Shown here: in pieces, positions 20,182 through 29,783 of the stretch
Position numbering within the stretch: position 1 is the stretch's first letter
Layout: each line of letters opens with the position of its first letter
Source: a virus
Taxonomy: Duplodnaviria > Caudoviricetes
Strand: one strand, 5' to 3'
Virus record (IMG/VR): IMGVR_UViG_3300014590_000001
Location: 160,001 to 224,000 of that record
DNA length: 64,000 nucleotides
The notes under the pieces: model-generated
The model's input: only the letters and a program-made list of their open reading frames with translations
What the model was told of the DNA's origin: nothing
The model's database searches: none
Position numbers and translations under genes: made by a program

Positions 20182-20656
20182 CGCTGATCTGACCTTCTTT
20201 CAACGGGCTGTAATACGTGCCGAGGCCAAACGGATCTTTGAAGTAGCAAACAAATCCTAAATCGAGGAGGAAGTTTTGGAAGAAATCTTCCAACGGATTT
20301 TCAACTGACAGAATAACTTTTCGTTCCTGACACTCTGCCATCAATGCGTACAGCAACGCAGTGAATAAATTTTTGCGGCGTAATGATTCAGGTAACTCGA
20401 TATTCGAAATGCAAAGATAGGAGTGACCGAAACGACCGTAACGCATCGCACCATAACGCATATAGCAACTGATTTTGCTGATCGGCTTGATGTATTCCGA
20501 TTCTGATTTGATAAACTTACGTTGCTCGACTTTTGCCAACTTGTCGAAAACTTGATTGACGAATGAATTAATGATCGGTTCAAATTCTTCCAGCGCAGCT
20601 TTAACGCGATTGATACGAGCAGCAGGAACGAGAGCCAGAATTTTATCAGTGTTCAT
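20138..20656 (-). CDS. GNAT-like acetyltransferase
   Basis: LCISNIELPESLRRKNLFTALL (motif A-like) and ENP..FQNFLLDLGF (motif B-like). Confidence 0.55.
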   Translation of the reverse strand: MNTDKILALVPAARINRVKAALEEFEPIINSFVNQVFDKLAKVEQRKFIKSESEYIKPISKISCYMRYGAMRYGRFGHSYLCISNIELPESLRRKNLFTALLYALMAECQERKVILSVENPLEDFFQNFLLDLGFVCYFKDPFGLGTYYSPLKEGQISDEPFYNIEAYRNAE

Positions 20657-21138
20657 TAGCAGAATCCTTTTTCAAATGTGTGAGCTTTTTCCCAACCAAA
20701 GAACATGCGAACAATTTCAACTTTATCTTCGCATGATTTATCTTTGCGGTTCAACCAAACGCGGAAGCAGTCGCGCAGTTCTTGCGTAGTTCCTTCTTCC
20801 GGTTCACCAATGCCTACCATCACTTCGAAAAGTTCGTCATGCGAGGCTTCGTCAAGCAGACGATCAACCACTTCTTGTCGGCGGCGATCTTTATCTTCTA
20901 AACAATTACGTTCGCCACGCAACACAGCTTGCACGTTGCTGGCAAAACGGCTTGATGCCAACATGCCTTGCTCAACCTCTTCAACAGACATGCAGTAATC
21001 AACACGCAGACGTTTACCTTCATAGTTGAAATAAACGTAGGGGTTGCCGTGACGTTCAACCATATCAATTTTGGTAACGGTGTGAACATCAGGCAGACGC
21101 GAAATGATCGCCTGAACGATTTCATTCATGGAGTACAT
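20656..21138 (-). CDS. hypothetical protein
   Basis: 160 aa. Confidence 0.7.
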   Translation of the reverse strand: MYSMNEIVQAIISRLPDVHTVTKIDMVERHGNPYVYFNYEGKRLRVDYCMSVEEVEQGMLASSRFASNVQAVLRGERNCLEDKDRRRQEVVDRLLDEASHDELFEVMVGIGEPEEGTTQELRDCFRVWLNRKDKSCEDKVEIVRMFFGWEKAHTFEKGFC

Positions 21139-21190
21139 AATATTTTTCCTTAAACGATTTAAGCGCCCGACCTACGAGCGCACGAATTAG

Positions 21191-21790
21191 TTAGGCAACG
21201 AGTGCAGTGATCGCGTCAACATGTTTCGCATCGCAACAACCTTCAACGAAAACGAAAGGACGCAAACCAAGCTGATTGTTTGACTTCATCATGAAGTAAT
21301 AAACAGCGTCGTCAACATACAGCGTTACGACAGGCTTAGTTAGTGAGAAGTGGAACGCAAAGTTAGTGCCTACCAGTTCCTGAATTTTGTACCAGACCGG
21401 AGCCAGCTTATTAATCACCGACTCAATGAGCATTTTGTTAATGAGTTTTTCGTCGCTCAGATCGGCAATGCAGGAATCCGACAGATTAGGTTCCTCGTCA
21501 TCAAACGTATTCATCAGGCCGTGAAGTTCTTTCGACAGCGGAGTGATAACGCGTTTAGGAAACATTTCATCTTCTGATTCTTGCAGCGCACAAGTGCGTC
21601 CATAAGAATCGACTGCAATAACTTCGTTGCCGTCACGGAACCAGAATTCAGTTTCGTCAATGCGCGGAACCCATTTGAGATCTTGCAGCGCTGTTACGTT
21701 CGGATGATTTTTGAAAATGCGCGTAACGATGGAACACGCAAATGGAACAGACAGAACACGCGGATCAACATTATCGGCTTTCTTGCTCAT
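21191..21790 (-). CDS. hypothetical protein
   Basis: 199 aa, AAGGA RBS. Confidence 0.7.
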   Translation of the reverse strand: MSKKADNVDPRVLSVPFACSIVTRIFKNHPNVTALQDLKWVPRIDETEFWFRDGNEVIAVDSYGRTCALQESEDEMFPKRVITPLSKELHGLMNTFDDEEPNLSDSCIADLSDEKLINKMLIESVINKLAPVWYKIQELVGTNFAFHFSLTKPVVTLYVDDAVYYFMMKSNNQLGLRPFVFVEGCCDAKHVDAITALVA

Positions 21791-21847
21791 GGTTTTTCCT
21801 TAGTAAAGTTTGGTTAAAGTTTTTGGTTGCAGGTGAAAAGTTTTTAG

Positions 21848-22168
21848 TTAGCTGCGATTGAATTGATTGCGATCCATCATTTCCATATAGAAGTGATAAT
21901 CGGTTTTGGAATAGTGCTTCGACAGAAAATCTTCGACCGCATTCCATTCACCGCGCAAAAGGAATTTTGTTTCTTCGCCACATTGAACAGTGATTGAAAC
22001 TGTCACGTCGCTTTGTTCCAAATCTTCGGCGCGAATATGATTCAGATCTTCGCGCTTCATAACAACATAGTTTGGGAGAGTTGTTGCGACCTGCCCGACG
22101 TGAATAGTGAGCGGTTCAACGGTTTTCAGGGAGTCGATCATGGATGCGATACGTGGAATAACGAGCAT
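21848..22168 (-). CDS. hypothetical protein
   Basis: 106 aa, first gene after promoter copy 4. Confidence 0.7.
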   Translation of the reverse strand: MLVIPRIASMIDSLKTVEPLTIHVGQVATTLPNYVVMKREDLNHIRAEDLEQSDVTVSITVQCGEETKFLLRGEWNAVEDFLSKHYSKTDYHFYMEMMDRNQFNRS

Positions 22169-22249
22169 GGCGGTTTCCTTTATATAGGTGCAAATGGGCA
22201 GTGCGCCCGTGAGCCTCTATAGTATCAAGGATTTAAGCCAAATTCGAGG

Positions 22250-22277
22250 GGTATTTTGGACAGAGATTTGCAGAGTT
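22250..22277 (-). promoter_or_regulatory. putative phage promoter, long-form copy 4
   Basis: GGTATTTTGGACAGAGATTTGCAGAGTT. Confidence 0.7.
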
Positions 22278-22330
22278 GGAAGGGTAATGCAGTGGGAAAT
22301 TTAAAGGGCAGTTCCATTGCCCTTTGAGGA

Positions 22331-23656
22331 TTACGAGGAAAGCAGAGGACGATAATGCTTACGATAGCTTTTGGCGATCTTCTCTTTGGCAATATCGTAA
22401 TGTTCGTGACCTATTCCAATCAAATGGCGATTCAGTTTAGCGCACACAACACCGATTCTTCCTTTACCGATGTTTGGCGAGAAAACAGTTTGACCTTCCG
22501 TTGTGTTCGATAGAATAAGTTCGGTTAATTCTTCGACCGAGAGTTTTCTATCCAAGACAAAAGCGGAACCACCTTCTGATTTGATTCGAGAGATTTCGGA
22601 AATAGGCAGATCTGTTTTCTCAGCGATAACGAGATCAACACTTCCTTTTTTCACCTTGCGAATCTTTTTGCTGTCACGGAAAAGAACGAGTGGAACTTTC
22701 TTCTTCGCCAGATATTTTTCTGCAACATCATCAACGCGAGTTTTAGTGAGTGCAGCAAATTCTGGATTCAGTTCGCAAAGAATTGCGTTGCGATTTAAGA
22801 AAACTGAAACAGCGCCTGTAGTTCCTGAACCGCCAAACGGATCTAAAACCGTATCACCTTCTCGCGATCCTGCAAGAATACACGGCTTGATTAAATCCGG
22901 TGGATAAACTGCAAAGTGTGCGCCTTTAAACGGCTGACTTGCTAAAGTCCACACGCTACGTTTATTTGCTTTCGCATAACTTTTCTCAAGTCCGGAATGC
23001 GGCGTTAATCCGGTTCCTTCGTTGTGATATTTTCCATCCTTACGATTGCGAACGCCCCAATCTTGTTTGACCGGAGTTTTGATCGCTTCGTTATCGAAGT
23101 AGTATTTAGGTTTCTTCGACAGCAGGAAAACATATTCATGCGAACGCGTACAGCGATCACGAACGCTTTCCGGCATAGGAGAAAGTTTCTGCCAGATAAT
23201 ATCTTGTCGCAGATACCAGCCATCGGCACGTAAGGCAAAGGCCAGCATCCACGGAATGCCAATCAAATCTTTCTCTTTATATCCTTCCAGCTTCTGACCG
23301 CGCTTAGTTTGCGTTGTGTCTTTAGGCATCCCACGTTTATTCTTCGCAGTACGTTCACCGCCAAAACTATGAGCCGGATAATCCTCTTTGCTGCCTGGCC
23401 GATAGTTGTAATAGCTATCGCCAATGTTCAGCCACAACACGCCGTCATCTTTTAATGTGCGTCTTACTTCACGGAAAACTTCAACCAAAGATTGAATGTA
23501 TTCTTCCGGAGTTTTTTCTAATCCGATCTGCGCGTCATTTCCATAATCACGCAGACCATAATAAGGAGGACTAGTTACGCACATTTGAACACTGCTATCA
23601 GGAATCTTTTTAAGTTTCTTTTTGCAGTCTCCTACTAAAACTTTTAGCTTCGCCAT
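22331..23656 (-). CDS. beta-class N4-cytosine/N6-adenine DNA methyltransferase with a degenerate duplicated C-terminal MTase domain
   Basis: TSPPY (motif IV) precedes VLDPFGGSGTT (motif I); HFAVYP; about 125 aa tail paralogous to the core. Confidence 0.9.
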   Translation of the reverse strand: MAKLKVLVGDCKKKLKKIPDSSVQMCVTSPPYYGLRDYGNDAQIGLEKTPEEYIQSLVEVFREVRRTLKDDGVLWLNIGDSYYNYRPGSKEDYPAHSFGGERTAKNKRGMPKDTTQTKRGQKLEGYKEKDLIGIPWMLAFALRADGWYLRQDIIWQKLSPMPESVRDRCTRSHEYVFLLSKKPKYYFDNEAIKTPVKQDWGVRNRKDGKYHNEGTGLTPHSGLEKSYAKANKRSVWTLASQPFKGAHFAVYPPDLIKPCILAGSREGDTVLDPFGGSGTTGAVSVFLNRNAILCELNPEFAALTKTRVDDVAEKYLAKKKVPLVLFRDSKKIRKVKKGSVDLVIAEKTDLPISEISRIKSEGGSAFVLDRKLSVEELTELILSNTTEGQTVFSPNIGKGRIGVVCAKLNRHLIGIGHEHYDIAKEKIAKSYRKHYRPLLSS

Positions 23657-23835
23657 CGGGTATCCTTTATCCAAAGATTCTTGCCACTCGCTAAAACACG
23701 CCGCTTGAATTCTTCATCCGTGATAGGCATGTAGTGCCAATTATAGTCAGAAGTTTCATACGGCGAATAGGCTGCAATAGCAGTGCCGCGATATAACGCA
23801 GCATTTATGCAGAGGGCAAGAATTTTCTTGTTCAT
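23644..23835 (-). CDS. hypothetical protein
   Basis: 63 aa, AAGGA RBS. Confidence 0.55.
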   Translation of the reverse strand: MNKKILALCINAALYRGTAIAAYSPYETSDYNWHYMPITDEEFKRRVLASGKNLWIKDTRWRS

Positions 23836-23844
23836 TTGTATCCT

Positions 23845-24144
23845 TTAATTATCGTTAGTAACCATCATTTCAACTTTCCAATCAGTAGTTGGAAGTTCAA
23901 ACGTATAGCGCCAGCGTTTTTCCCCTACGCGCTCGATCAATCTTATTTTCCAGTTGCTGCCAATCTTACGCAGCACACGCGAAATATAAAACGTGCCAAG
24001 CGATGCACCTGCAACGAACCCAGGAATTAGCGGAACAATATCTTTCGAATCGACCGTTACAACTTTGTCTGCGAAATTTAATCCGGTAGGCAAAATTACT
24101 TTGGTAACGCCGAAAGAAATAAAAGCTAAACGTGCTTTATTCAT
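23845..24144 (-). CDS. hypothetical protein
   Basis: 99 aa. Confidence 0.6.
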   Translation of the reverse strand: MNKARLAFISFGVTKVILPTGLNFADKVVTVDSKDIVPLIPGFVAGASLGTFYISRVLRKIGSNWKIRLIERVGEKRWRYTFELPTTDWKVEMMVTNDN

Positions 24145-24769
24145 CAGCAGCCAGCGCCAAATGTGAATTGCGGGAGGCTTCGAGAATCAGATCGCGAAGT
24201 TGTTGTGCTGTCATTAGTACCGGACAGTTAAGCGACTTGATGTGATTCGAATTGAAATCATCTTGCCAGATCCAATAATCTTTGCGAAGTGCGGCACGGT
24301 GAAGATTTAATTCTTCTTGTTGTGCTTCAATCGTTTTATCTTTCGCTGCCAGATGTTCAGAGTAGCCAGCAACGCGTGTTAAGATCTGGCGATTCTGAAT
24401 GATCGGAAGATCCATCATTCGACTACGTGCTGAAATTTCAGAAAGACGTTCTTCACACAAAACAAAATCTGAATGAATAACTGTTTCGCAGAAATCTGTC
24501 TCAAAAATTCCAGTGCCGGGGTAACGAGCCAGAGCGGTGCCGCTATTTGGAGAGAAGCGGATGAAATATTCGCTGCCGTTAAAATCAATTTCCGCAAAGT
24601 GGCAGAAGTGAATTTTGTAATCGTGGTTCGTGCCATTTTGAACAAACACGCAAAGAATCTTAGGAAGACTCTCGACAATCTTTTTCATTGTCTGTTCATC
24701 AATTGTGAACGAGCGATTGATCCATTGCTGTTCATTCATTTTTAAGTAGAGCGCAGAAACTTTTTGCAT
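24137..24769 (-). CDS. hypothetical protein
   Basis: 210 aa, GAGG RBS. Confidence 0.7.
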   Translation of the reverse strand: MQKVSALYLKMNEQQWINRSFTIDEQTMKKIVESLPKILCVFVQNGTNHDYKIHFCHFAEIDFNGSEYFIRFSPNSGTALARYPGTGIFETDFCETVIHSDFVLCEERLSEISARSRMMDLPIIQNRQILTRVAGYSEHLAAKDKTIEAQQEELNLHRAALRKDYWIWQDDFNSNHIKSLNCPVLMTAQQLRDLILEASRNSHLALAADE

Positions 24770-24778
24770 GTTCTTTCC

Positions 24779-25417
24779 TCAGATGATCCACTGTTCGTAC
24801 CAGAGCGGAATTGGTTCTAACATTAACGCCATTGCGATGCAGAATCCGTGACCAAATTTTTTATCCGGATTGTTCAGCGCATATAAAAATGGATGGCGCG
24901 ATTGGTCTTTGTACGCTTTCACTGCGTCGTAAGTATCGTAATCACGAATCACAATGTTAGCGCCTTTCTTATATTGCTTTTGTAACTTACGGAATTTTGT
25001 GCAAGGCAAAAGAAGTTTCGCATATTCCGGAACGTAGATTTGTTTACGCGCAGAAATATAGGACAGGCGTTGATTTCCCCACTTAGAGAAAATCGCTTTC
25101 TTTCCTTTACCCATCGGATAGCGAACGCCCTTGCGAGTTCGCGCACCTTCCAAATGCCAGCGAAACCACTCAGCGGAAACTTCACCACTCAACAAAGTTG
25201 AATCGTGTTCTAAATGTTCTTCATAGACTTTGCTGTACTGCCACATGTTTTCAAAGTTGAAAAACAAAATGCCGTCAGGAGTTCGGCAAGGGCCAAGTTT
25301 AAACGGACTCAGCGCTGACCATTCTGCGTCAGTTGAAACAGGCGTTATATCCAGATCAACATTCTTCGGCGCTTTGTCCTTCAGTGATAGCACCGTCACT
25401 GTTCCCATTTTCTTCAA
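24779..25417 (-). CDS. DUF6939-like protein (possibly NADAR-related)
   Basis: LSPF..GP, ENMWQYSKVY, LSYISARKQIYVPEY, FGHG motifs recognised by eye. Confidence 0.55.
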   Translation of the reverse strand: MKKMGTVTVLSLKDKAPKNVDLDITPVSTDAEWSALSPFKLGPCRTPDGILFFNFENMWQYSKVYEEHLEHDSTLLSGEVSAEWFRWHLEGARTRKGVRYPMGKGKKAIFSKWGNQRLSYISARKQIYVPEYAKLLLPCTKFRKLQKQYKKGANIVIRDYDTYDAVKAYKDQSRHPFLYALNNPDKKFGHGFCIAMALMLEPIPLWYEQWII

Positions 25418-25637
25418 GATACTTCTCCACGATTTCGCACATCAAAGTACGCAAAGAAATATCACGCTTGTTCGCAATCTTTTGCAGACGTGCTTTATTC
25501 TCAATCGTACCGTAGGCTGGCAGATGTTCAGTCTGCCGTTTGATATTCTTTTTCTTAGTCGCCGGAGGAACAAACGCATGGCGATTCAAACGCACACCCA
25601 TCGGAATTTTCATTTGTATCCTTACGCAAAATACCAA
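25356..25637 (-). CDS. ribbon-helix-helix-like DNA-binding protein
   Basis: ENKARLQKIANKRDISLRTLMCEIVEKYL. Confidence 0.55.
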   Translation of the reverse strand: MVFCVRIQMKIPMGVRLNRHAFVPPATKKKNIKRQTEHLPAYGTIENKARLQKIANKRDISLRTLMCEIVEKYLEENGNSDGAITEGQSAEEC

Positions 25638-25846
25638 AAGATTAAATAAAGCAGATAAGATACAGCCATTACAATTGCCGTGCTGTTCGTACTTTTATTC
25701 ATTACCTCTGCAATCTTTTTTCCGAAAACAAATTCCAGATCAACGCCGAGGTGAAGAAGACGCAATCGAACGAGAGTCGAAATCACAGCAGACAAAACAT
25801 TGAGACAGAAGATTGCATAAAACAGACAGGCAAGAAAGGCGCACAT
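25622..25846 (-). CDS. small membrane protein
   Basis: Two hydrophobic segments. Confidence 0.55.
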   Translation of the reverse strand: MCAFLACLFYAIFCLNVLSAVISTLVRLRLLHLGVDLEFVFGKKIAEVMNKSTNSTAIVMAVSYLLYLIFWYFA

Positions 25847-25849
25847 ATT

Positions 25850-26392
25850 TTATTCCGTAGGTATAGGTTCGTAAGTCATAGTGTAACCACGGCGTTTCAT
25901 TTCTTCGATCATTTCGCCAATGGTTGCGGATTTTAAAAACGGGTTGCGCTCAACAGTGCGACGAACTTGCTTGCGCGGCGTAGTTGTTTTTGGATCGACA
26001 AAGAAACGCATACAGTGAGACAGACCGATACCTGCATTCGCATCCAGTGCCGACTCTGTATAGCCTTTATCTAATCCTGCATTTGAATTCAGGAAATCTA
26101 CTACAACACGCTTACGCCACGGAGCAAACATAGTGTCGTTTGAAATTTCCGGACGCTCTTTCCAAGTGATCGTAAACGGTTTATCCGTGTGAGAAGCACC
26201 TTTGATATTTGCAAAGTAATAAACATCGCGCAGCAGATAAAACTCGTACTCACCTGCATCCTCAACAGCCAGCAACACAGACGCGACAGTTGAAAGTTTT
26301 GATTTGATACGCAGGAACGAAAAAATTTCCTTTGCTTCAAACTGTCTTTTACTGCATTTAATTACCAAACACGAAACGGTAGACTTACCCAT
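25850..26392 (-). CDS. hypothetical protein
   Basis: 180 aa, GGAG RBS. Confidence 0.7.
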   Translation of the reverse strand: MGKSTVSCLVIKCSKRQFEAKEIFSFLRIKSKLSTVASVLLAVEDAGEYEFYLLRDVYYFANIKGASHTDKPFTITWKERPEISNDTMFAPWRKRVVVDFLNSNAGLDKGYTESALDANAGIGLSHCMRFFVDPKTTTPRKQVRRTVERNPFLKSATIGEMIEEMKRRGYTMTYEPIPTE

Positions 26393-26448
26393 AAAAATTT
26401 ACTCCAGAAAATGAAAAAGGGAATGAACCGAAGTCCACTCCCTTATAT

Positions 26449-28227
26449 TTACACTTTTTGAATGATCATCGCATCCAGCATAACTTTGTCACGAACTTGC
26501 GCAGTGCGGCAAGCGATCTTAAAGTTGTTCGGAGCAATGATATCAAGGGTTGCAGCACCGTCCGAGTTATCCAAAGCATTGCGGAAACGACTTTGATAAA
26601 TCGCGCCTACAGTTGCCGGAGCGCCTGTAAGGAAAATGGAGTTTCCGGTAATGCGGAGTTCACATTTTTTATCAAACGTCATAATAACAGTTTCAGGTTC
26701 CGGATTGTATGCGCGTCCGTCAACCAACACATAACGCTTGCTGGAACTGGCGACAAAATTCGCCACAGTTGAGACAAGACCTTTCACAAACTTATGCGTG
26801 TTGTGTGCAATGCCCGGAGTGAGAACTTTGAAAGCCGGATGATTGTTCAATGCAAAACTGAATCCAGATTTCGAATTGAAACGCAAACGAATCGGAAGCG
26901 AAACACCAGTAGGCATTTTGTACGTGCAATCCCAAACAATAGTTTCGTTGTCTGTCAGATTTGGCACAGGCACTTCATCGAAAACTTTCAGAGAAGAAGT
27001 TGCGATCATCGACATTAACTCTTCTTTGGCGCGAAGCAGTTTTGTGTTCATTGTGCCTACAGCTTTCTGTTTGGAAACTTTGTTCTTATCAATCGCGAAC
27101 ATTTCCAGCAGCGTATCGATCACATGACCTGCATCGTAGAACTGACCAATATCTTTGATCGCGTGAGTGCGTTGATACGGCGTGAGCGTCCAACGTTCTT
27201 TCTCAAACGTCAGAGTACCGAAAGCACCGGAGCCGTAAGTGAGTTCCATGCCAGCGCCTTTAACATGGCACTTCAGCCCAGGAATATTACGGCAAAGGTT
27301 TTGTGCAATCGCGTTGAAATGATCTGCATACTTGTCGGTATTCTTCGCGAGCGTTTGCGGCATCACGTCAGAAATTTCATCGATCAATGCGAGTTCAGTT
27401 TTCTTCGGAGCGGTGCCAGCAGTAGTGTTGTTACCTGCATTCTGTTTATCAATCGCAGCTTTCAAACGCATACACGCATTGGCGAGATTCACGTTATCCT
27501 GAAACTCAGTGCCAACACCTTTTTCGTTGTAAGCACCGTGACTGAATTTTCCATCGCCGTGAATCTGAAGCGCCCAACTCAGTTTAGGATCATCTTTCTT
27601 CGGCTGAAGAACAATCATCGTGCTACCGCGTGGCGTTTTCACAATGTCATGATCGTTAACAGTCAGGCCAAGTTTCACCAGAATGCGAACGGCAATATTA
27701 ACCGTGTGCGCTTGAATTGGTTTTTTATCACGATCAGGAACTTCAGGCCAACTCATTGTGATCGGTTTGTCTTGAGTCTTCGGCGGCGCAGGAGCGGGTT
27801 CAGAAACTGGCGCAACTTTCGGTTCTTTTGGCGGCTTAACTTTTGGCACAGGCTTAACAACGTTTTTAGTTTTGCCCGCAGCCTCTTGCCATTTCTTCGC
27901 GACCTTAATACCGCTCAGTGCTTTGAGACTTGTCTCCAGAGTTTTCGCTTTCAGAAGATCTTGCATTGCTTTGATCGTTGCTTTGCCGGAAGCGAGTTTT
28001 TGGAATTTGATAATCTCGTCATCTTCCGCATCACGCAGCATAAGCAGGAAACCGCGAAGGTTTGGAGACAGAACGATTTTTGATTTAGAAAGTTTCTCAA
28101 TGCTTTCCAGAATTTTCAGGTAGTTCTTACCTAAGAGATATTTTGCCGCCTCTTTTTGAGCAACAGTTGCTGACAGAGAGATCACGTCAACAGCGGAGTT
28201 CAAGTGAGGCAAAGAAATAGTTGTCAT
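26449..28227 (-). CDS. large basic protein with ISLSA leader (probably virion-associated)
   Basis: Start reassigned to MTTISLPHLNSAVDVISLSAT (GAGGA RBS); Pro/Lys-rich linker. Confidence 0.7.
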   Translation of the reverse strand: MTTISLPHLNSAVDVISLSATVAQKEAAKYLLGKNYLKILESIEKLSKSKIVLSPNLRGFLLMLRDAEDDEIIKFQKLASGKATIKAMQDLLKAKTLETSLKALSGIKVAKKWQEAAGKTKNVVKPVPKVKPPKEPKVAPVSEPAPAPPKTQDKPITMSWPEVPDRDKKPIQAHTVNIAVRILVKLGLTVNDHDIVKTPRGSTMIVLQPKKDDPKLSWALQIHGDGKFSHGAYNEKGVGTEFQDNVNLANACMRLKAAIDKQNAGNNTTAGTAPKKTELALIDEISDVMPQTLAKNTDKYADHFNAIAQNLCRNIPGLKCHVKGAGMELTYGSGAFGTLTFEKERWTLTPYQRTHAIKDIGQFYDAGHVIDTLLEMFAIDKNKVSKQKAVGTMNTKLLRAKEELMSMIATSSLKVFDEVPVPNLTDNETIVWDCTYKMPTGVSLPIRLRFNSKSGFSFALNNHPAFKVLTPGIAHNTHKFVKGLVSTVANFVASSSKRYVLVDGRAYNPEPETVIMTFDKKCELRITGNSIFLTGAPATVGAIYQSRFRNALDNSDGAATLDIIAPNNFKIACRTAQVRDKVMLDAMIIQKV

Positions 28228-28283
28228 AAATCCTCGCTGAAAATAAAAAAGGCTACCGCCCATAAGAGAAGTAGCCTTTGTGT

Positions 28284-28535
28284 TTACGTGATTAATCGAA
28301 ATTGTGTTCCATCTTCGACCCACACGACTTGACCAATCAGTGCATTCTTACGGTAGTAAGAAATTACCTTCCTGTCAGTGGATTGTTCAGAAACACAATC
28401 AGTTGTGCAACGGACAAACATACGGCAGTCAACTTCCCGAAAAGTTTTCACAGTCGAAATTTCTTCCGGCTCTTTTGAAAACCATTCAGAACGTCGATTA
28501 TTATATGCGAGTCTAAGTTCACCGCGATTCGCCAT
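28284..28535 (-). CDS. hypothetical protein
   Basis: 83 aa, GAGGA RBS. Confidence 0.6.
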   Translation of the reverse strand: MANRGELRLAYNNRRSEWFSKEPEEISTVKTFREVDCRMFVRCTTDCVSEQSTDRKVISYYRKNALIGQVVWVEDGTQFRLIT

Positions 28536-28639
28536 AACAATGTCCTCATTCTATTTTGTAGTGACAATACTATGTCACCTAAATAAATTAGGAACAAAGT
28601 TAGGAAATTGTTAGCAGCCTAAGTGAAAGTTTTTAGTGT

Positions 28640-29146
28640 TTATTTTGCACTAACAGTTGAAGAAATCGCGAACAGATCGTGCAGCAGATCAATTTGTTTG
28701 ATCAGAATCTTTTTGTGAGCGTCACTGAAATTGTCGAACCGTTCCGCGTGACCTTCACCGAGGAACGCTGCAACAACGCTTTGATTGCGCGTAGAGATCG
28801 TGGTGCCATCTTCATCTTCAATCACTTCCTCTTCGTCAATTTGCTCAGGCTTCTTGAGCATTTCCAGAGTGAAACTAACCTGATATTCCCGACCGCGTGA
28901 GCCAGGCATTTCGACTTGTTGGTAGTTGCCGATTTGGACAATTTCAAAACCGTCCGGATAGTTAGTGCGGAACCATTCAGCGTCTTCAGAAATAATATTA
29001 AAGTTATTACTGAATTCATTCACACTCACTTTAAAGTGTGCAGTAATTTTAACGCCGCTTTCATCTGAATCAAAATTTGGCGTAGCCTTATAGTTGGCAA
29101 CGAGGTGTTCAATCAATGCGTGAATTGCGTGATTAGAGTCAATCAT
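28640..29146 (-). CDS. hypothetical protein
   Basis: 168 aa. Confidence 0.7.
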   Translation of the reverse strand: MIDSNHAIHALIEHLVANYKATPNFDSDESGVKITAHFKVSVNEFSNNFNIISEDAEWFRTNYPDGFEIVQIGNYQQVEMPGSRGREYQVSFTLEMLKKPEQIDEEEVIEDEDGTTISTRNQSVVAAFLGEGHAERFDNFSDAHKKILIKQIDLLHDLFAISSTVSAK

Positions 29147-29783
29147 TTTTCAGTCCAAATAGATCAGTGAGAATTGGATTTAAACTATGCACCGTTCGAG
29201 AAGAATAGCGCCCATCAAAAATAACTGTCATGAGTAACGTGTGGTAATCAACGTACACAGAAAAGTTATGCAGCTTGACCGTGTAGCCGCGCAAGTCTTC
29301 TTCGACATGAATATACACATCGTGGCGGCATTTCAGTTTTGTTTCTTCTGCAATCTTCGCAACAGAATACGTAACTGAACGTGCGAGTTCTACGCGAGGA
29401 CAGCGCTTAAACGCATCGGCTTGCGTAATGATTTCCTGATAAACTTTTGCAATCAGAACAACAAAGTCTAAAGGCAATTCGTCGAAACCATTTCGAGTAA
29501 GGCCGACAACATAGTGAGGTGCAGGAACGTAACCACCGTCCATTGGAACGTTGATACCACGCAGTTTAAGATCGTCACGGACAATCTGCGGTACGTTTAT
29601 CCAGTGGCTTCGAAAATCAATCTCGTTCCAAAATCCGCTAACTCTTTCTTTTAGTTCGTCAGAGTTCACGTACACAGAGAAACCAAATTGCGGTTCATGA
29701 TTCACGTCAGTAACGAATCTGATTTGTGGTTTGCATTGAGCAGAAATAATCTTTTGACAGAATTCATCCGTGGTAAGAATCAT
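29139..29783 (-). CDS. hypothetical protein
   Basis: 214 aa. Confidence 0.7.
   Translation of the reverse strand: MILTTDEFCQKIISAQCKPQIRFVTDVNHEPQFGFSVYVNSDELKERVSGFWNEIDFRSHWINVPQIVRDDLKLRGINVPMDGGYVPAPHYVVGLTRNGFDELPLDFVVLIAKVYQEIITQADAFKRCPRVELARSVTYSVAKIAEETKLKCRHDVYIHVEEDLRGYTVKLHNFSVYVDYHTLLMTVIFDGRYSSRTVHSLNPILTDLFGLKND

Noticed and set aside
22223-22235. IHF consensus TATCAAGGATTTA
   Set aside because: A few chance matches are expected in 64 kb of AT-rich DNA, and there is no other support
306-22277. Repeated ~28-bp boxes as a CRISPR array
   Set aside because: Copies are 6-9 kb apart with genes between them; there is no repeat-spacer periodicity
27124-28083. Long antisense ORFs (also 42240..43094 and 3149..3802)
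   Set aside because: Antisense to well-supported genes; expected from codon bias
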